This document shows, in pieces, positions 12,715-26,275 of a DNA stretch of 64,000 nt. The translations under genes were made by a program, and so were the position numbers. Where the stretch lies: the NCBI GenBank assembly GCA_010093815.1, contig ML996573.1; one strand, given 5' to 3'. The notes under the pieces are model-generated. The model searched no databases and was not told the DNA's origin. It saw only the letters and a program-made list of their open reading frames with translations. Origin of the DNA: Pseudovirgaria hyperparasitica. Its lineage: Eukaryota. Positions within the stretch are counted from its first letter, which is position 1, and every line of letters begins with the position of its first letter.

Positions 12715-14007
12715 ATGTCTTCTTCATCTCGTATCAGTGGCATCACTGTCCGCTCATCTGCGCGGAACTTTCAACGAGCTCAACCCCATTTGCGCCCAAG
12801 ATTACAATACCGCAGTTATGCTGATGTATCTTCTCAAGCAAAAACTGCTGGAGGTGGCGGTATTGTCGGCGGTCTCATCGGTGGCGCGACCGTCCTAGTT
12901 GCTGGCTATGGATACTACCACTTCTCCGGCGCCAAGACTGCTGTGCAGACAATGTCAAGCGCCAAGGGCTACTTCCAACAGGCCAAGAACAAAGTACAAG
13001 AGCAGACGCCAGAGCCGAATCAGGCAATTGAGTGGCTGCACAGTACGGCGTTGGCATATGCTGGTTTCATTCCCGGCGCGAAGGGGTACGTGGATCAAGC
13101 TTTCAAGGACGTGGAGAGCATTCGCAGCAAGCACGGCGATAAGGTTGATGGGATCATTCGTGATGGATATGAGGAGCTTAAGAAGGTGACCCAGGAGGGA
13201 GACATGTCAATCGAGACTACTGGCAAGGTGTGGAATGTCATTCAGGACAAGCTGCAACAGATTGGCGAGTTAGCTGGTGATGCCATTGAAGGTATGTGGA
13301 GTTACTCGATCTGTTTAAGTAAGAGATTGACCCGTGACCATGCAGACATCCTCAACAACCATCCTGACGTAAAAGAGAAGGTCGGTGGCAACATTGATCA
13401 GCTCAAACAACTCCAGGAACAGTACGGACCCAAAGTAAAAAGCGAGGTCGACAAAACCTGGGAACAGATTTCAAGCATCGTGTCCAAGGGTGTCTCAGCC
13501 AGCACGGCTTCAGAAATCCAGAAGGTGGTTCAAGAGAAGGTTGAATTGATCAAAAGTATGGGAGACAAGGCCTATCAAGAGGGCAAAGAGCAGGTTAAGC
13601 CCTACCTCGAAAAATCTCCAAAGGTGAAGCAGCTCATTGAGGAAAATGAAGAAGCACTCAAGCAAGGCAATATCAAAGAGCTTTGGGACAAGATCCGCAA
13701 TGCTGTTGAGTCAGGCGACACAGAAGAGATCGAGAAGTACGTCAAGGACACTGCTGAGAAGGCCAAAGATCAGGGCCAGAAATACGGGATCGACATCGAG
13801 AAGTACCTCCAAAGTTTCGAAAAATACGTCCCAGGGTCATCGGATATTATGACAAAGGTACAGCAGCTCCAGAAGGTCGGTAAGGAGCATGGTGCCGAGG
13901 CTGAGAAAATATTCAAGAGCGCGATTGATGAGATCAAGCAGGTTTTGAAGAGGAAAACTGAAGAGGCTGAAAAGGTTGCCAAGTCTGCGAAGAAGGAGAG
14001 TAAATGA
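12715..14007 (+). CDS. Conserved fungal coiled-coil apolipoprotein/apolipophorin-like protein, probably mitochondrial, with one TM helix; intron 13292-13345
   Basis: ATG at 12715; Arg/Ser-rich presequence-like N-terminus; hydrophobic GIVGGLIGGATVLVAGYGYYHFSG; long K/E/Q amphipathic helices; 54-nt GTATGT..CAG intron. Confidence 0.8.
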   Translation: MSSSSRISGITVRSSARNFQRAQPHLRPRLQYRSYADVSSQAKTAGGGGIVGGLIGGATVLVAGYGYYHFSGAKTAVQTMSSAKGYFQQAKNKVQEQTPEPNQAIEWLHSTALAYAGFIPGAKGYVDQAFKDVESIRSKHGDKVDGIIRDGYEELKKVTQEGDMSIETTGKVWNVIQDKLQQIGELAGDAIEGMWSYSICLSKRLTRDHADILNNHPDVKEKVGGNIDQLKQLQEQYGPKVKSEVDKTWEQISSIVSKGVSASTASEIQKVVQEKVELIKSMGDKAYQEGKEQVKPYLEKSPKVKQLIEENEEALKQGNIKELWDKIRNAVESGDTEEIEKYVKDTAEKAKDQGQKYGIDIEKYLQSFEKYVPGSSDIMTKVQQLQKVGKEHGAEAEKIFKSAIDEIKQVLKRKTEEAEKVAKSAKKESK

Positions 14008-15748
14008 ATTGTCGATTAGGATATGTACTATAAAAAAATGCATAGCGATGGGCGTAGAAGTAAATCAATCAAGCATTTGTAGTCGGATATCGGATATACG
14101 GTCGTCGTGATTTGCATTGCTTGATGTATTAACATGTTCAGTATCAGTGCACTAGAACATGGTGTCTCGTTTTCCAGGCCTTCTTCTCCAGGGTAACAAC
14201 GCCAATGCTCTACGACGAGACCGCATCAAAGATTCCTCTCCAGGACGAATGCACATCGGCCAAGTGTACGACTCTAAGAAGCCTCGAAAGCCCGACACTC
14301 ACCGGAGAGTCCGGAGATCTGGTCATGCACTTGATGTAACAAACACAGCGTGTCTCGTCATACAGTCTTGGCTTCTCACGATACAACTGTGACGATGGCC
14401 GTGACGGTGTTACAAGCTGAGGTTCAGAAGCCTCTTCGTCACTCGGCCGAGCCATACTAATCTCGCCGCTCGCTTGTTCGCGCCGATCGAAGGCAGCTAA
14501 AGACTAATAAAGGAAGACGAATACGAGCCTAGAAGGAAACATGTGCCTGTGCTCGCGCCAGATTCCGTAGTTCGGCCTTGATTATTGCGAGGTGAGGCGC
14601 GCTTGCGTAGTCATTAACAAATGAGTCCAGGTATGCAGAAGACGTCGTATGATGGAAATGCCCAGAGTAACATTACTACACCGATACGCGACCAGCGCGC
14701 GTAACGTTGCATACCTATTCAATAGTCACTGGCCCAAGCAATGGGTTATGCTGCCAGCGTGGCTGTGCTGTGTGCTGTGGTATTGGATCTATCGAGTTCC
14801 ATACTACCGTAGAAACTCATCAGTTGAACACGGTATAGATACATTTTTCCTACCAAATTTAATCGTTAGGTTATACTACTGTAGGTCTAAGGCGTAGTCT
14901 CTATAACCATGTGTAGCTAGTAAAACACCTGGCTGTCTCAAAGTAGATTAGCATAAGTCTATCGGATTCTACGGTACCTATACTCAGGTAATTCTGATGC
15001 GGAGCACCAGATATGATACTTCGTGACCATAATTATACTGGGCCTATGGTTAGAGCAACAACATTATGACACGGAGTCACGGGCATCGTGTCCTGGTAAA
15101 CCTGTAATGTAAAAATGCGGAGAGCTAACCTGGATGGAAATATTGGCTGGGCAAAATGACGTCGGACCGAGGGTTTTCGCCAGGATTCCGGTGGGGCACG
15201 GATATAGTGGCGCCGATGGTCTTACTGTTTTTGGTGTGGCGGAATAGCAATTTAGAGTTTGATATGGGGACTTCCGGCGACCGCTCCTTTCTCAGCTGCT
15301 TCTTGGTACACAAAGCTTTGAAGCGTTCATGTGGGTATGGCGACGGACACTGCGGCAGTGGGCAGTGTGGCGAGGACCCTGTGGAGTGTTACCACTAGCT
15401 AGTCACCATCTGATGATGGCATTTGGCGGCTCCAGTCTCGTTCATGATCGTTTCTGGTGGGCCAGGGTTGTATTGCAGGGGATGGCTCTGTTGAACATGG
15501 TATGATATTGAAGTAAAAAGCTTAGCTACACTAATCATCTCGCGTAGTGCCGGTATCACGCTCCCTTGCAAGGGTGCTACAATGGCAATTAATATAAAAG
15601 TATCGACTGCTCACCATTAACGATCGATCATCACCAACCATCACATCTACTTTGCTATATATCATCACAAAAGCTGCAACCTTCCAACTTCTCAAAAACA
15701 ACAACACCACCGATACATCACATCGATACCAACACCAGTCCACTCACA

Positions 15749-16312
15749 ATGCAATACTCTACACTCGCCCTCGCTGCCTTCACCAGTGTCGCAGCCGCGC
15801 TCCCGGCTCCTCAAATCGAAACCCCATGCACCAATGAGCCATTTGGTGCTGTCGCTATCCATTCAGGCTCCGACGCGCATCTACAGAGCGCCACCGCCTG
15901 GAAAGGCAACCTGCTCGTCGGCGGCCAACAAGACGCCACCTGCGAATCACCTTCAGCCTACGCCACATTTGTCATCCAAGACGACACCACAGCCTACCTA
16001 TACGCCGACACACTCACCCAGCAGCTGTACGTCGACCGCAGCGGTATGGGCCAGGGCAAGAGCGGCTACACGAACGAAGGCCAATCGCTGCCACGCAACG
16101 GCGAGGTTAAGGGCTGGAGTATTAGCGAGGATGGATACTTGGTATTTGATGGAATGAGTCCCAAGGCATGTCCGACTGAGGTTATTGGTGGGAGCTTCAG
16201 TCTTTGGTTCAGCAACGCTGACGAGCCTGGGTTCAACAAGAACTGCACTGGCGTTGCGCTGCGGGCTGTCAAGGCTGATTCGCCGGTGAGCTGCATCTAC
16301 TCTTCTTCCTAG
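15749..16312 (+). CDS. phiA: PhiA-like secreted cell wall protein
   Basis: Signal peptide MQYSTLALAAFTSVAAA, family motifs AIHSGS and QQLYVDRSGMGQG..GY, six Cys; TATAAAAG about 155 nt upstream. Confidence 0.85.
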   Translation: MQYSTLALAAFTSVAAALPAPQIETPCTNEPFGAVAIHSGSDAHLQSATAWKGNLLVGGQQDATCESPSAYATFVIQDDTTAYLYADTLTQQLYVDRSGMGQGKSGYTNEGQSLPRNGEVKGWSISEDGYLVFDGMSPKACPTEVIGGSFSLWFSNADEPGFNKNCTGVALRAVKADSPVSCIYSSS

Positions 16313-17056
16313 ATCGAGTGAGCAACCAACTAGCGTGTAAGATTATGCAGAGGTGTATGATACGAATAGCATAGCGAATCATTAGCAATGTGGCTTCTAA
16401 TTACTAGAGGACTATCATTCCAATAGTGACTGAGTAGCAAGTTTGTTATGTGAGAAAACGTCTGCCTAGGCCGGCTACAGGGCGCTAATGTAGGTTCAGC
16501 CATGAAGGTATCTGAGAGGTTCTTGTTGCGCCAGCCTTGCGAGTTTTCTTTTCAAATCCCATTCCACTTCTTTCAGCTCACTTTACATTCTCCTCTCACT
16601 ACATCAATGTTGACCTTGCTATCATAATTGAAGGTTTCCTCTTTCACTTGGAGCATTCTATCGTGGTCTGACAGTGACGCTGGTCAAATAAGGCAAGTAT
16701 CACATACAACGAAGTTAGTTCAGACGTTCATTAGCGACCGCTTCGTTTGCTCAAGTGCCAACTATAATCTACAAACGTTACTGTTATAGTTGTTTGCCTG
16801 GAAGGGATCTTGCTCTTACAAAAACCATTTAGGACATTACTGAATTCACCACAAGCGCTGATCATAATTGGACGGTGAACTTAATTCGTGGACTCAAGTG
16901 AGACATACTTGTATGAGAAGCAGTTTAAGCGCCCATAGTTTACTTCTGGCACAGATTGTAGCCTAGTATCAAAGGTATTTAACATTCGATTATCACTCCT
17001 CCTCTGGTCACTGACTCTGTCTAAACCTTACATAACAACTTTTTTCAGAAGACAAG

Positions 17057-19446
17057 ATGAGTTCGCTCTACGCGTCAAAGGATATGTTCACGGACGATAA
17101 AAGACTGGAGAAGATCGACAAGCTTGTTGCGATTGGTGTTGGGAAGCATATCGCGCTACCTCAAGTAGGTATTTAGATATCTCGTTAGGCCGCAGGCACT
17201 GACCTTCGTAGTTCGTTGTCGTCGGTGACCAGTCTAGTGGGAAGTCTTCAACTCTGGAGGCGCTGACAGGATTACCCTTTCCCCGAGACTCAACACTGTG
17301 TACTCGTTTTGCAACACATATTGTCTTTAACCGAACCGAAACAGAAAATTGCCATGCTTCCATCGTACCGCACTTGAATTGCGACTCTGCCCTTGAAGCA
17401 AAACTCAAAGATTTTGAGCACACTTTCTTGGAAGCTCTGACTACTGAAGAGTTTCAGGAGGTTCTGCTCAAGGTGCGATGAATTCTTCGTTTTCTGATAG
17501 CCACTGATGATACATAGGCATCTGATGCCATGGGTTTGGCAAGACTAGGGCAGCAGGATAAGCAGGCTAGCAAACCAACGTTTTCCGAGCACACACTGAG
17601 GATCGAGTTGAATGGACCTAATCACAGTCACTTCAGTGTTGTTGACGTTCCTGGTATCTTTCGAAACCCCCAAGAAGGTGTGACTACCAATGATGACATC
17701 GCACTGGTCAAGAGAATCGTTCACAGCTACATTGAGGATGAAAGGTCCATCATATTGGCTGTAGTTTCGGCAAACATCGATATTGCCAATCAAGACATTC
17801 TGAAGATGGCAAAAGAAGTAGACCCGAAAGGTCAGCGCACACTGGGAATTTTGACAAAACCAGACCTCATCGACAGAGGCGCAGAGGATGATGTCATTAA
17901 CATTCTAATGGGCACAAGTAACAAGCTTAGACTTGGCTATCACGCGATCCGAAATCGTAAGAAAGCCGAGAACAATTTCACAATCGAACAAAGAAATCAG
18001 GCAGAGTCCGAGTTTTTCAACAAGGGCCATTTCTCCAGAGTACCACCCGATCGTGTTGGTGTCATAACTCTTCGACCGCGCCTCGAGAGGCTCCTTAATG
18101 ACATAACACAGCACGAGTTTCCAAAAGTGAGACAGGAGATCAATAATATGATCGACAGATGTGAACAAGAGATGATGGAGCTCGGCCCAAGTCGTACGAC
18201 GGATGGTGAGATTCGCAGCTATCTATTGCGCATGGCCGAACAATTCCAAAAGTACGTTGCAGTGGCAATTGAAGCCAACTATGGATCAGACCCATTCTTC
18301 CGCATGGACGAAATGCGTCTTGCGACATGGATTATCTCGCAGAATGAGGCATTTTCTGAGGCTGTCAGAACCACGGGCTTTACAGTACCCTTCCTTACAG
18401 ATTCTCAGCAGCCAACAGAGCAACATAAGGATATGTGGACTGAGCTTGCGACAGAGCGCTCAAGGTTACTTGCATTAGTGGAAAAGGATCACCCTGAACT
18501 GTATACCACCGTGGAGCGTACCCTCAAGAATAAGTACGACGATATACAAGCTCATGATCACGATGAGGATACCGAACGCGTTGGTGACAAGGATGGTCAT
18601 GTCGCCAACGATGGATCCAGGCCACATTCGGTTGAAATTCTCGCTTGGATCAAAGAGAAATACACCAGATCAAGAGGTTTCGAGATGGGAACTTACAATC
18701 CCTCTCTCCTACATCTACTGTTCAGCGAGCAAACCTTGGCATGGGAGCCCCTAGCTAAGGTTTACGTGTGTCGATCTATCATCAATAACCACATGTTCTG
18801 CAGCCGACTCTTGGACAGGCTGTGCAAAGATGAACTCGTGAACAAAGCTCTGCGATCTGTCATTATGAACGAACAGCTGAGAATCTACAAAAAGGCTACA
18901 GGCCAAGTAGAATTCATCCTCAGGACCGAACGACGCGGCAAGTTAATGACCATGAATCACTACTACAGCGACACTCTCGAAAGGGTGCGAGACGAGCGAC
19001 AGAGAACTAGAGCTGGAGCCATAGTCAGCAAGGCAGCCAAAGGTGAAAGGTTTCCATGTGAGGAAGATGGATCAAGATCATCCTGGGATTCAATTGAGCA
19101 GTCTGTGCGGAATTATGTGGCACCGGCTACGCTTCGATCTTCCAACAAAGCTACAGCCAGTAATATTGACCATACGGTCCAAGACATTCATGATGTCCTC
19201 AAGGCATACTGCAAGGTTGCTATGAAACGATTCATTGACTGTGTCTGCATGCAAGTCACAGACTACTATCTCATCTCGGGACCTGAAACTCCACTCGGTG
19301 TATTATCCTCGACGTTCATTGGTGGTCTCAACACTGATGAGCTTACACGTATTGCGGGCGAAGCTCAACATTCCATCCAGCGTCGGAGTGAGCTCAAGAA
19401 GCAGATTGAGAGCCTTAAGGAAGGGAAGAAGATTCTATTACAATGA
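17057..19446 (+). CDS. Mx-like dynamin-family GTPase, 3 exons (17057-17164, 17212-17472, 17518-19446)
   Basis: Spliced LPQ|FVVVGDQSSGKSSTLEALTGLPFPRDSTLCTRFAT (G1/G2), DVPG (G3), TKPD (G4); C-terminal GED-like segment DVLKAYCKVAMKRFIDCV. Confidence 0.92.
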
Positions 19447-22400
19447 TAGAGACTTGATACGAACCCATGTCTATGAGTAGGAGGAGCACATGCGCAGAGT
19501 GGTTATGGCACAGCTGTTAGACATGCAATATGGGTCATATGAGATTAAATGAAAGTGAGATTTCGTTAACGCAACGTATTAACAGGATCAAGTTATCTTG
19601 TAGTATCAAACCCGGTGACAGCCTACGATCGTATTTTCTGCACGGCAAATCACTCTCACTGGAAATCTGCGAATTCATACGCCTTCCCATCCTCTTCCCA
19701 CTACGTCCTTGAGAATGCTCCTCCACCAGGCAGATGCTAGGCCACACTTTCCTTTCACACAACTTCTGCCTAACTGACCACTTACTCCACATATAACTGT
19801 GGCGATTCACTGCATAGGTGTATGAAACAGGCCGCTTTGCCTATGCAAACACGCGTTCCTTGCCTCCTGTCATACCATAAAGCCGTCCCTGCTAGACTAC
19901 CCACAGTAGTATCATCCAATTGAGACATACTTCCTATGTACACACGGTATGGCATGAACTGCACCGATGGCAAAGTTTGTTCGGTACTAATGCCACCAGT
20001 GGGCTATGTCTGACTACAAGTTTGCTGCGTATATAGCTAAATATTCGATGAAGTGTAATGATGTTACGATGATGACGAATAAGCTTTATGGGCTTATTTT
20101 GGCACTGCTCAGGCCTCCAAAGCATGGTTATAGATCTTCCTTAAGTCCTACTTAACAGTAGGCAGCTTGCCTTGTGACTTGCATGAGTATGTGAGAAATG
20201 CTATGCTTTAGCTCAGAGACATTTCCAAGATATTGATCAAAGAAAAACACTCTCTATCACTGTCGGTGGATATTTCTGCAATCCAATTCAAACTGTAGCC
20301 TCTGTAATATCAATTCAGAAATCTTGAATCATGAAACACATATCCCTGCTCAATTACAACATTTCTTACATGAATCACCAATAATTCTACACCCTAAAGT
20401 CGAATCAAGAGTAATATCACAGCTAAATATCACTAACGTTAAACAGTGATGAAGCACAGCATTACATGCCAATAACTACCATTCATATTTTAGGTCTCGA
20501 TCTTTTATGTTATCAAAAATCTGCGGAGGAGGAACATTGTGAGCCGGATTATTCTTAAGAACATCCGCTTGTGATGTAGCAATGACTGACATCTAGACTT
20601 TTAGAAGGGATATAGAGCTTATATTCTACTACCCTAACAGCCGGGTAAGTGAGTTCGTAGCATATTAGTTAGTAGCAGATTTAAGATCTCGCCTACCCGT
20701 CAGTCAGTTGGACATGTTTGAAGGAGTATATACAACATATGGCTGCGTCCTCGCTACTTATCTCTTACTTCGATAAAAAATTCAAAGCTTGCCAGGGGCT
20801 ATCGGAGGAAATGGCTGCGAACAAATCAATATCTATGTGTAAAATCATGGAATATGATGGATGAAAGCTGTCGTCAAGGGTTCATGACGACTTATACGAA
20901 GCTCACGACTTTACTAACGTTAATATGATCTGCACTATCAATTTATACTGGTGCATTTCATCATCTAGTACAGTATATGAAGACAATCGTGAAGATATAT
21001 GCATGATGACCAGGAGTAAGCAACCAAAGCATGCGGATTGAGTGATTGTTCCTCACCAATCCTGCCCAAAATCCACATATGCTAGCACTAAAAAGGAGCA
21101 AACACGCATACCCGGCTGTCACTTTACTCTACTCCTCACAGAAACACCACGTGTCATACCGACTGGCCTACTTCCGTGGACAATATGTCCGTGAATTACA
21201 TCTACCCGACAGATGTAGGTTCAAGAAGACCATATAAGATCGCAACGTATCTATATACATCACACCAAAACAATCGGAGCAGCATCTCAGTGTGCTGTTT
21301 ATCAATAGCAGCGGTTCATAATATGAGCTTGTGGTCCCAGACGGCTGGAGTATGTGCGCTTACGTGCCCTGCCACCTACTTATTCCGCTTCATTCCTTTG
21401 ATGCCTCTCATAGGCTGCTGAGAGTCATCACTATCGATACAAAGTGCTAGTCACTGCGCTAAGATGACGCGAAATATCACCATACAATGATGACAGCCGT
21501 TATCAGCTTAGTTTGGACGCTGGCCCGACACATTTTCGGCTTTTCTGAGGCTTAGACGGTGGCACATATCCATTTCTTTTCTTCTGCTCGGCACATTGCT
21601 TGTTGCTAGTACTCTGAAGCTCTGAAGCGGTGAGGAGTTTGGATAAGATGGATTGTGGCTAGTAATATAAATCAGTCGAGGGCTTGGATATTGAATATGC
21701 CGGGTCGGCTTGCATTTCATTATCTCGTCATGCACATTTGCAAGTTGGAACCATAGCATTCACCGTTCTGCCACGTCACACTTACACACGCTACTGCATC
21801 ACATTGCACGATAATCACATGAGCAGGAGTGTTACCGACCCGGCAAATGCCATCTAGGCGCTTATACTTTGTCATATAAATCACCATCATTCCTCCCTCA
21901 TCCAGTTCTCCTCTCTCGACCAAGTAGAGACCAGTCCATACCTGGAAATCACGCGAAAACGTCACCCATGTGCCTCCCGCCTTGTTGATTTGGGCTGACC
22001 TGACATGTGTGTCTTGTACAAGGCTTCAAGACGACCATATGGTTGGGGACGCTATCGCGCTGACTATTGTACGGTCGTTGTGCGGCTACACTGCTGCTGC
22101 TGAGTATCATTACTTAATGATGAAGGTGATCACTATGATTGCTCAACAAGGTCAGCACGATGGATAGTAGACATAGGTGGTGTGAACAAGCAGCAGCGGT
22201 CGTGTGTCTGCATAGGTAAAGCTGATCTTTTGGTAATAGTATATACGCTTTCAGGGGCTGTGCCAGGTAGGTCCCTGATAGTGCTCGTTCAGTGATGATA
22301 TACAAGAGCTTGTTTCTCTTCCTCTTTAGCACTCTCTACGCGGGACATGAATGCCTGACATCTCCAGTAATGAAAAAAGTGCATGCTTCTCTAGCACAGC

Positions 22401-22973
22401 CGTACCTCAGACTTAGGAAATTAGAACTGTGTTGTGATGATGGCTTGCAGTCTTGTCCCTAGACGATGATGAGAATTATCGCAAGAAAACGTACGATGAA
22501 GGGAGAGATAGCTACAAAGGTTGGAAGCTAAATGGGAAGGACGTCTTGTTATTTAGGACGCCCGGTGCCGTAACGAGGTAGGCATCCGTCATAGTATTTT
22601 CCTTCCTTTGAGAAGACGGCGGGCCACATTCGACCGGCTTCCTTCTTCAACATGATTTTCTTTTCCATTGCAAGTATAACGAGCATCTTTATATAGCTTG
22701 GTGGCTGGGAATTAGCCGCTGGCCAGGTTAGGCTTGGATATAAATCATATATAGAGCTGAATCTGTCACACAAGGATCACAAAAAATGACGGGTAGCACG
22801 CATTTAGGTTTGGTGCATCTTTCACATCCAGGTAGTAGACACTGGGCCACATATGAAAGTGAAAGGATCTTAAATTATCATCGCGGATCCTTTCGTATTC
22901 TAGGAAGAGGTCATATGTGAACGAACGGCGGTGCGCACCATCCAAGCGCGCTTATAGTTGTCTGTTTAAGTAC

Positions 22974-23678
22974 CTACATGAGAAACACAGCAAACGCTAG
23001 CACTGAAATCAAGGCCCCGATCCCCATCTGAAGAGTTTGGGCAGCGTTCTCTGGAATTTGACCCGCATAGGGATCACTATACTTGTCCACGTCATTGAAA
23101 TCGATATGTTCGAGACTGTAAGTGCCGCTGACCCTGATGGCACCCGGAGCGCCGCCCCAAACAGGCGCGCAGACCTCCACTGGAGTGTCGTCTTGGACCG
23201 AGCCCACGGTGTCACATCCTCCGGTCGTACCAGTATAGCAGTATAGGAGGGCTGTGAAGTTCATGTACACGGTCTGACCTGGCTCGACGGACATGGTGTT
23301 GTCAATGGGCGCAGAAATCGTCCTGTTGAATGTAGCTGGCAGACTAGGCGAATAGTTACCGGTTGCAGAATTGATGGATTGCATGAATGGATGTTGCATG
23401 CCATAACCATCGTCGTCGTCGGGGAGGAATGTTGTAAGAGATAGGTTTGTCCGCCCGGTGAAGAGGTCTTGTCCAGCAGTCTTGATGGCACATGTGCGGT
23501 TGCTGTTCGAAACTGGACAATTGGCTGCGGCGCTGATCCGAATGGGATCGTTGTTTGTAAGGAAGTAGCCTTGGTCGTCTAGCATGAATGAGCTGCAGTT
23601 CCCTTGGGCTGATGCTCCACCGCATAGTATATAGGCTGAAAGAGAAATAATCGTGATCGAGAGCGGCATCTTCAACAT
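22974..23678 (-). CDS. Secreted, probably GPI-anchored Cys-containing protein
   Basis: 234-aa ORF with N-terminal signal peptide, several Cys in the mature region, and a C-terminal NAA followed by a hydrophobic tail (IGALISVLAFAVFLM). Confidence 0.8.
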   Translation of the reverse strand: MLKMPLSITIISLSAYILCGGASAQGNCSSFMLDDQGYFLTNNDPIRISAAANCPVSNSNRTCAIKTAGQDLFTGRTNLSLTTFLPDDDDGYGMQHPFMQSINSATGNYSPSLPATFNRTISAPIDNTMSVEPGQTVYMNFTALLYCYTGTTGGCDTVGSVQDDTPVEVCAPVWGGAPGAIRVSGTYSLEHIDFNDVDKYSDPYAGQIPENAAQTLQMGIGALISVLAFAVFLM

Positions 23679-24155
23679 TAGGTATAGAGTCTGTAGGCGT
23701 GTGGATTATGGGAACTTGACCGACGAGATCTTGTGCGTCATCGGAGCTGAAACTGCTGTTGTTTCTAAACCAAAGCTTTCGGTTGTGCTTTCCAATGTCT
23801 TCGTCCGATGTCAAAGCTCTAGAAAGCAGTTACAACACATCTGCGGACATAGACAGATTCGGAGTTCTGTCCGAGTATGAAAGAGATTCCGCGTGTCACA
23901 ATTCGATGGCATAGAAAGCCAAGACCAAGAGGCCTAATACACAGCACTGTCTTTTGTGGGAATGTGCGGCGAAATGTTTCGACCTGACGTGAGGCTGGGG
24001 AAAAGGGTGATCAAGGTTGCTTGTTACTTTGCTCATCGCAGCATCGTAGACTGGAAGTGACTGTCGGCTCGGTCGTGATAATGGAGACTCCATCTATAGT
24101 AGCTCCGAGGCCAACTAGTCCCGACAACAGTTTGACGTGGAGATGACTCCTCCCG

Positions 24156-26275
24156 TTACAGCTGCGAACAACCTTCTCGAGTGCTTTGCAAAGCTTCTGC
24201 GACTCTCTCTAGAAGCGTGAAAGACCGTGCTGTACACACACTTCTCGATTGCATCGGTCGCCAGATCTCGACACAGGTTGTAAGTGTATCAATTATGGTA
24301 TTGCGAGCAGGGCAGGTGCTGATTAAGTTGTCTCCTAGATTGGCAGGCACGCTGAGGGTGGCACCATCTTTACGCAGGAGATGAATGGCAGCTGTTAGTC
24401 CTGCACTCAGGAAGTCTTGCCAGAAGAGGCCAGAAAACCAAGTGAGTTGCCCCGGAGGAAGAGCCGCGGCGGAATACTCTCCACATAAAGCTTGATTATG
24501 AGCAAGGAGTGCCAAACTGTTCTCAAGAGACGACCAGTAGCTCTGCGGATATATATCCTCGGCAGCGGGCTGCGATGCAAAGCGTCTATGCAACATCAGA
24601 AGGACACGTCGGAAGAAGATGTCAATCTGAATTGCGTGGACGTCCAGGTCGGTAGGCAGATATTCATGCTGCAAGCTAGCTGCACATGGTAGATATCCAG
24701 TCTTCAAGACTGAGAGTGCCAATAGCGATTTGCGAAGCTCTGCATCATAGTGCAGGACTTCCTCGTACATCAAGCCGTTAAATTCGTGGTTCAAGCGCTC
24801 CATGATCTTCAACAAGACGGGAAACGCTTGGTAGATGATGATTTGGTATGATGCATTGGTAGGCTCCGAGTTCACTCTGATCTGCATGGAAACGCTTGCA
24901 GGGGAAACATCTTCGTCGTCTATATTCGCAGGACAGAGAACGTCGAAGTCTTCGATGCGTAAAAGCATAGGCATACCCGTGGTACATGCTAGCTGTATCT
25001 CGAGGTAGACAATAGTAGTCCATATACGCCGGCGCATGTCCTGTTCCAGTACAGAAATGACTGATTCCGGTAGTAGTCGATGGAAACCGGCAGACATGGC
25101 AAGACGTGTGGTCATACCAACCAAGGGCCAGCACGTGTCTCCTTGGAAACAAGTCGCGGCGAAGGTTTCTTTAGCAATAATCATGAGGCACATAGTCTGT
25201 AAACTGCACAAACTTGGTTTTGCTAGAAAAGAGGTCTTGAAAAGCATTTCTTGCGCACCACCGAACATTCGTCTACAAAAGAATCTCCACTCGCCCGTAG
25301 GCATAGTGCCTCTGTTGAGCGCGGCGTAGCCCATCCCAAGGACCATCATATATAGAGCGACCCATTCGGGGTCAACCTTTGCTGGATCTATCCAGAAAGA
25401 CTTGACCTCGTCGAAGAACGTTGGTTTATGGAGCAGTCGATAGGTTTGTTCATAGCTGGCAATATAACTCTGGACATATTCATCTGCTGTGCTGCGTTCA
25501 GGTATCCACGAAAGTATTGTATTGTGCGTTGGTTGTGTAGTAAAGTAAGAGCCTCCAAGAGGATAGTTACCAGGTAAGAGAGGTTCTTCATAAGTCATCG
25601 AGCGCTCTCTGCGCTTGAACTCCTCGACAAGCTCGTCCGACCGGTATCCGAGACTGAGATTGATCTGTTTCATATTAGCAGACCACAGATTGATAGAATA
25701 AAGCACCCAACCTGCTGCAATAGAACCCGCCAATGGCTATCACCCCTGCTCTTCTCTCTCCACAGCGTATCCAAATCAGCTTCGTTTATGGCCACAGCAG
25801 GGTCAACAGTGGGAATGTTCTCGTCAGCAAATTTGCTATTGTAGGAGCACCGCAAGTCTAGGCCAACTTTCGAACACCGCGAACAAGGGAGCTTTTGGTC
25901 GCATCGGACCTTGTGATGATGGCAGCGATCACAAGACGCTCTGAAACGTCTTCGTTTCTTCGGATGCTCCGTCACTGATCGAGACCCGTTTGGCACATCA
26001 GCTGGGTCTGGACCTGTCTCGCTAACTACGTGGCTGTTCGGACTCTCCCCGTTGGTCGACCCAGGCGATGCCTTAGGGGTGATTTGATGATTACTTCGTT
26101 GCACAAGGGGCTCCCGAGCAGGCGTATCAATACTCGGATCCAATGAGCATTTCGCGCCTACTGTGGTGCAGTTGTTGCATGTTGGCTTCGCTTGGTCACA
26201 TTTAATCTTACGCGTTCGGCAGCGAATGCACGCTTTCACAGGCCTTGTACGAGTGATCTGTCCTTGCCGGGCCAT
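24156..26275 (-). CDS. Fungal transcription factor with two Zn(II)2Cys6 clusters and a fungal-specific TF middle domain; intron 25711-25665
   Basis: CIRCRTRKIKCDQAKPTCNNCTTVGAKC and CDRCHHHKVRCDQKLPCSRCSKVGLDLRC; a 47-nt intron joins ORF 24156..25733, which contains LHKPTF, RLAMSAGFHR and EQDMRRRIW. Confidence 0.92.

Noticed and set aside
14159..14455. Possible small gene (MARPSDEEASEP..) on the minus strand
   Set aside because: No family signal and no convincing exon structure.
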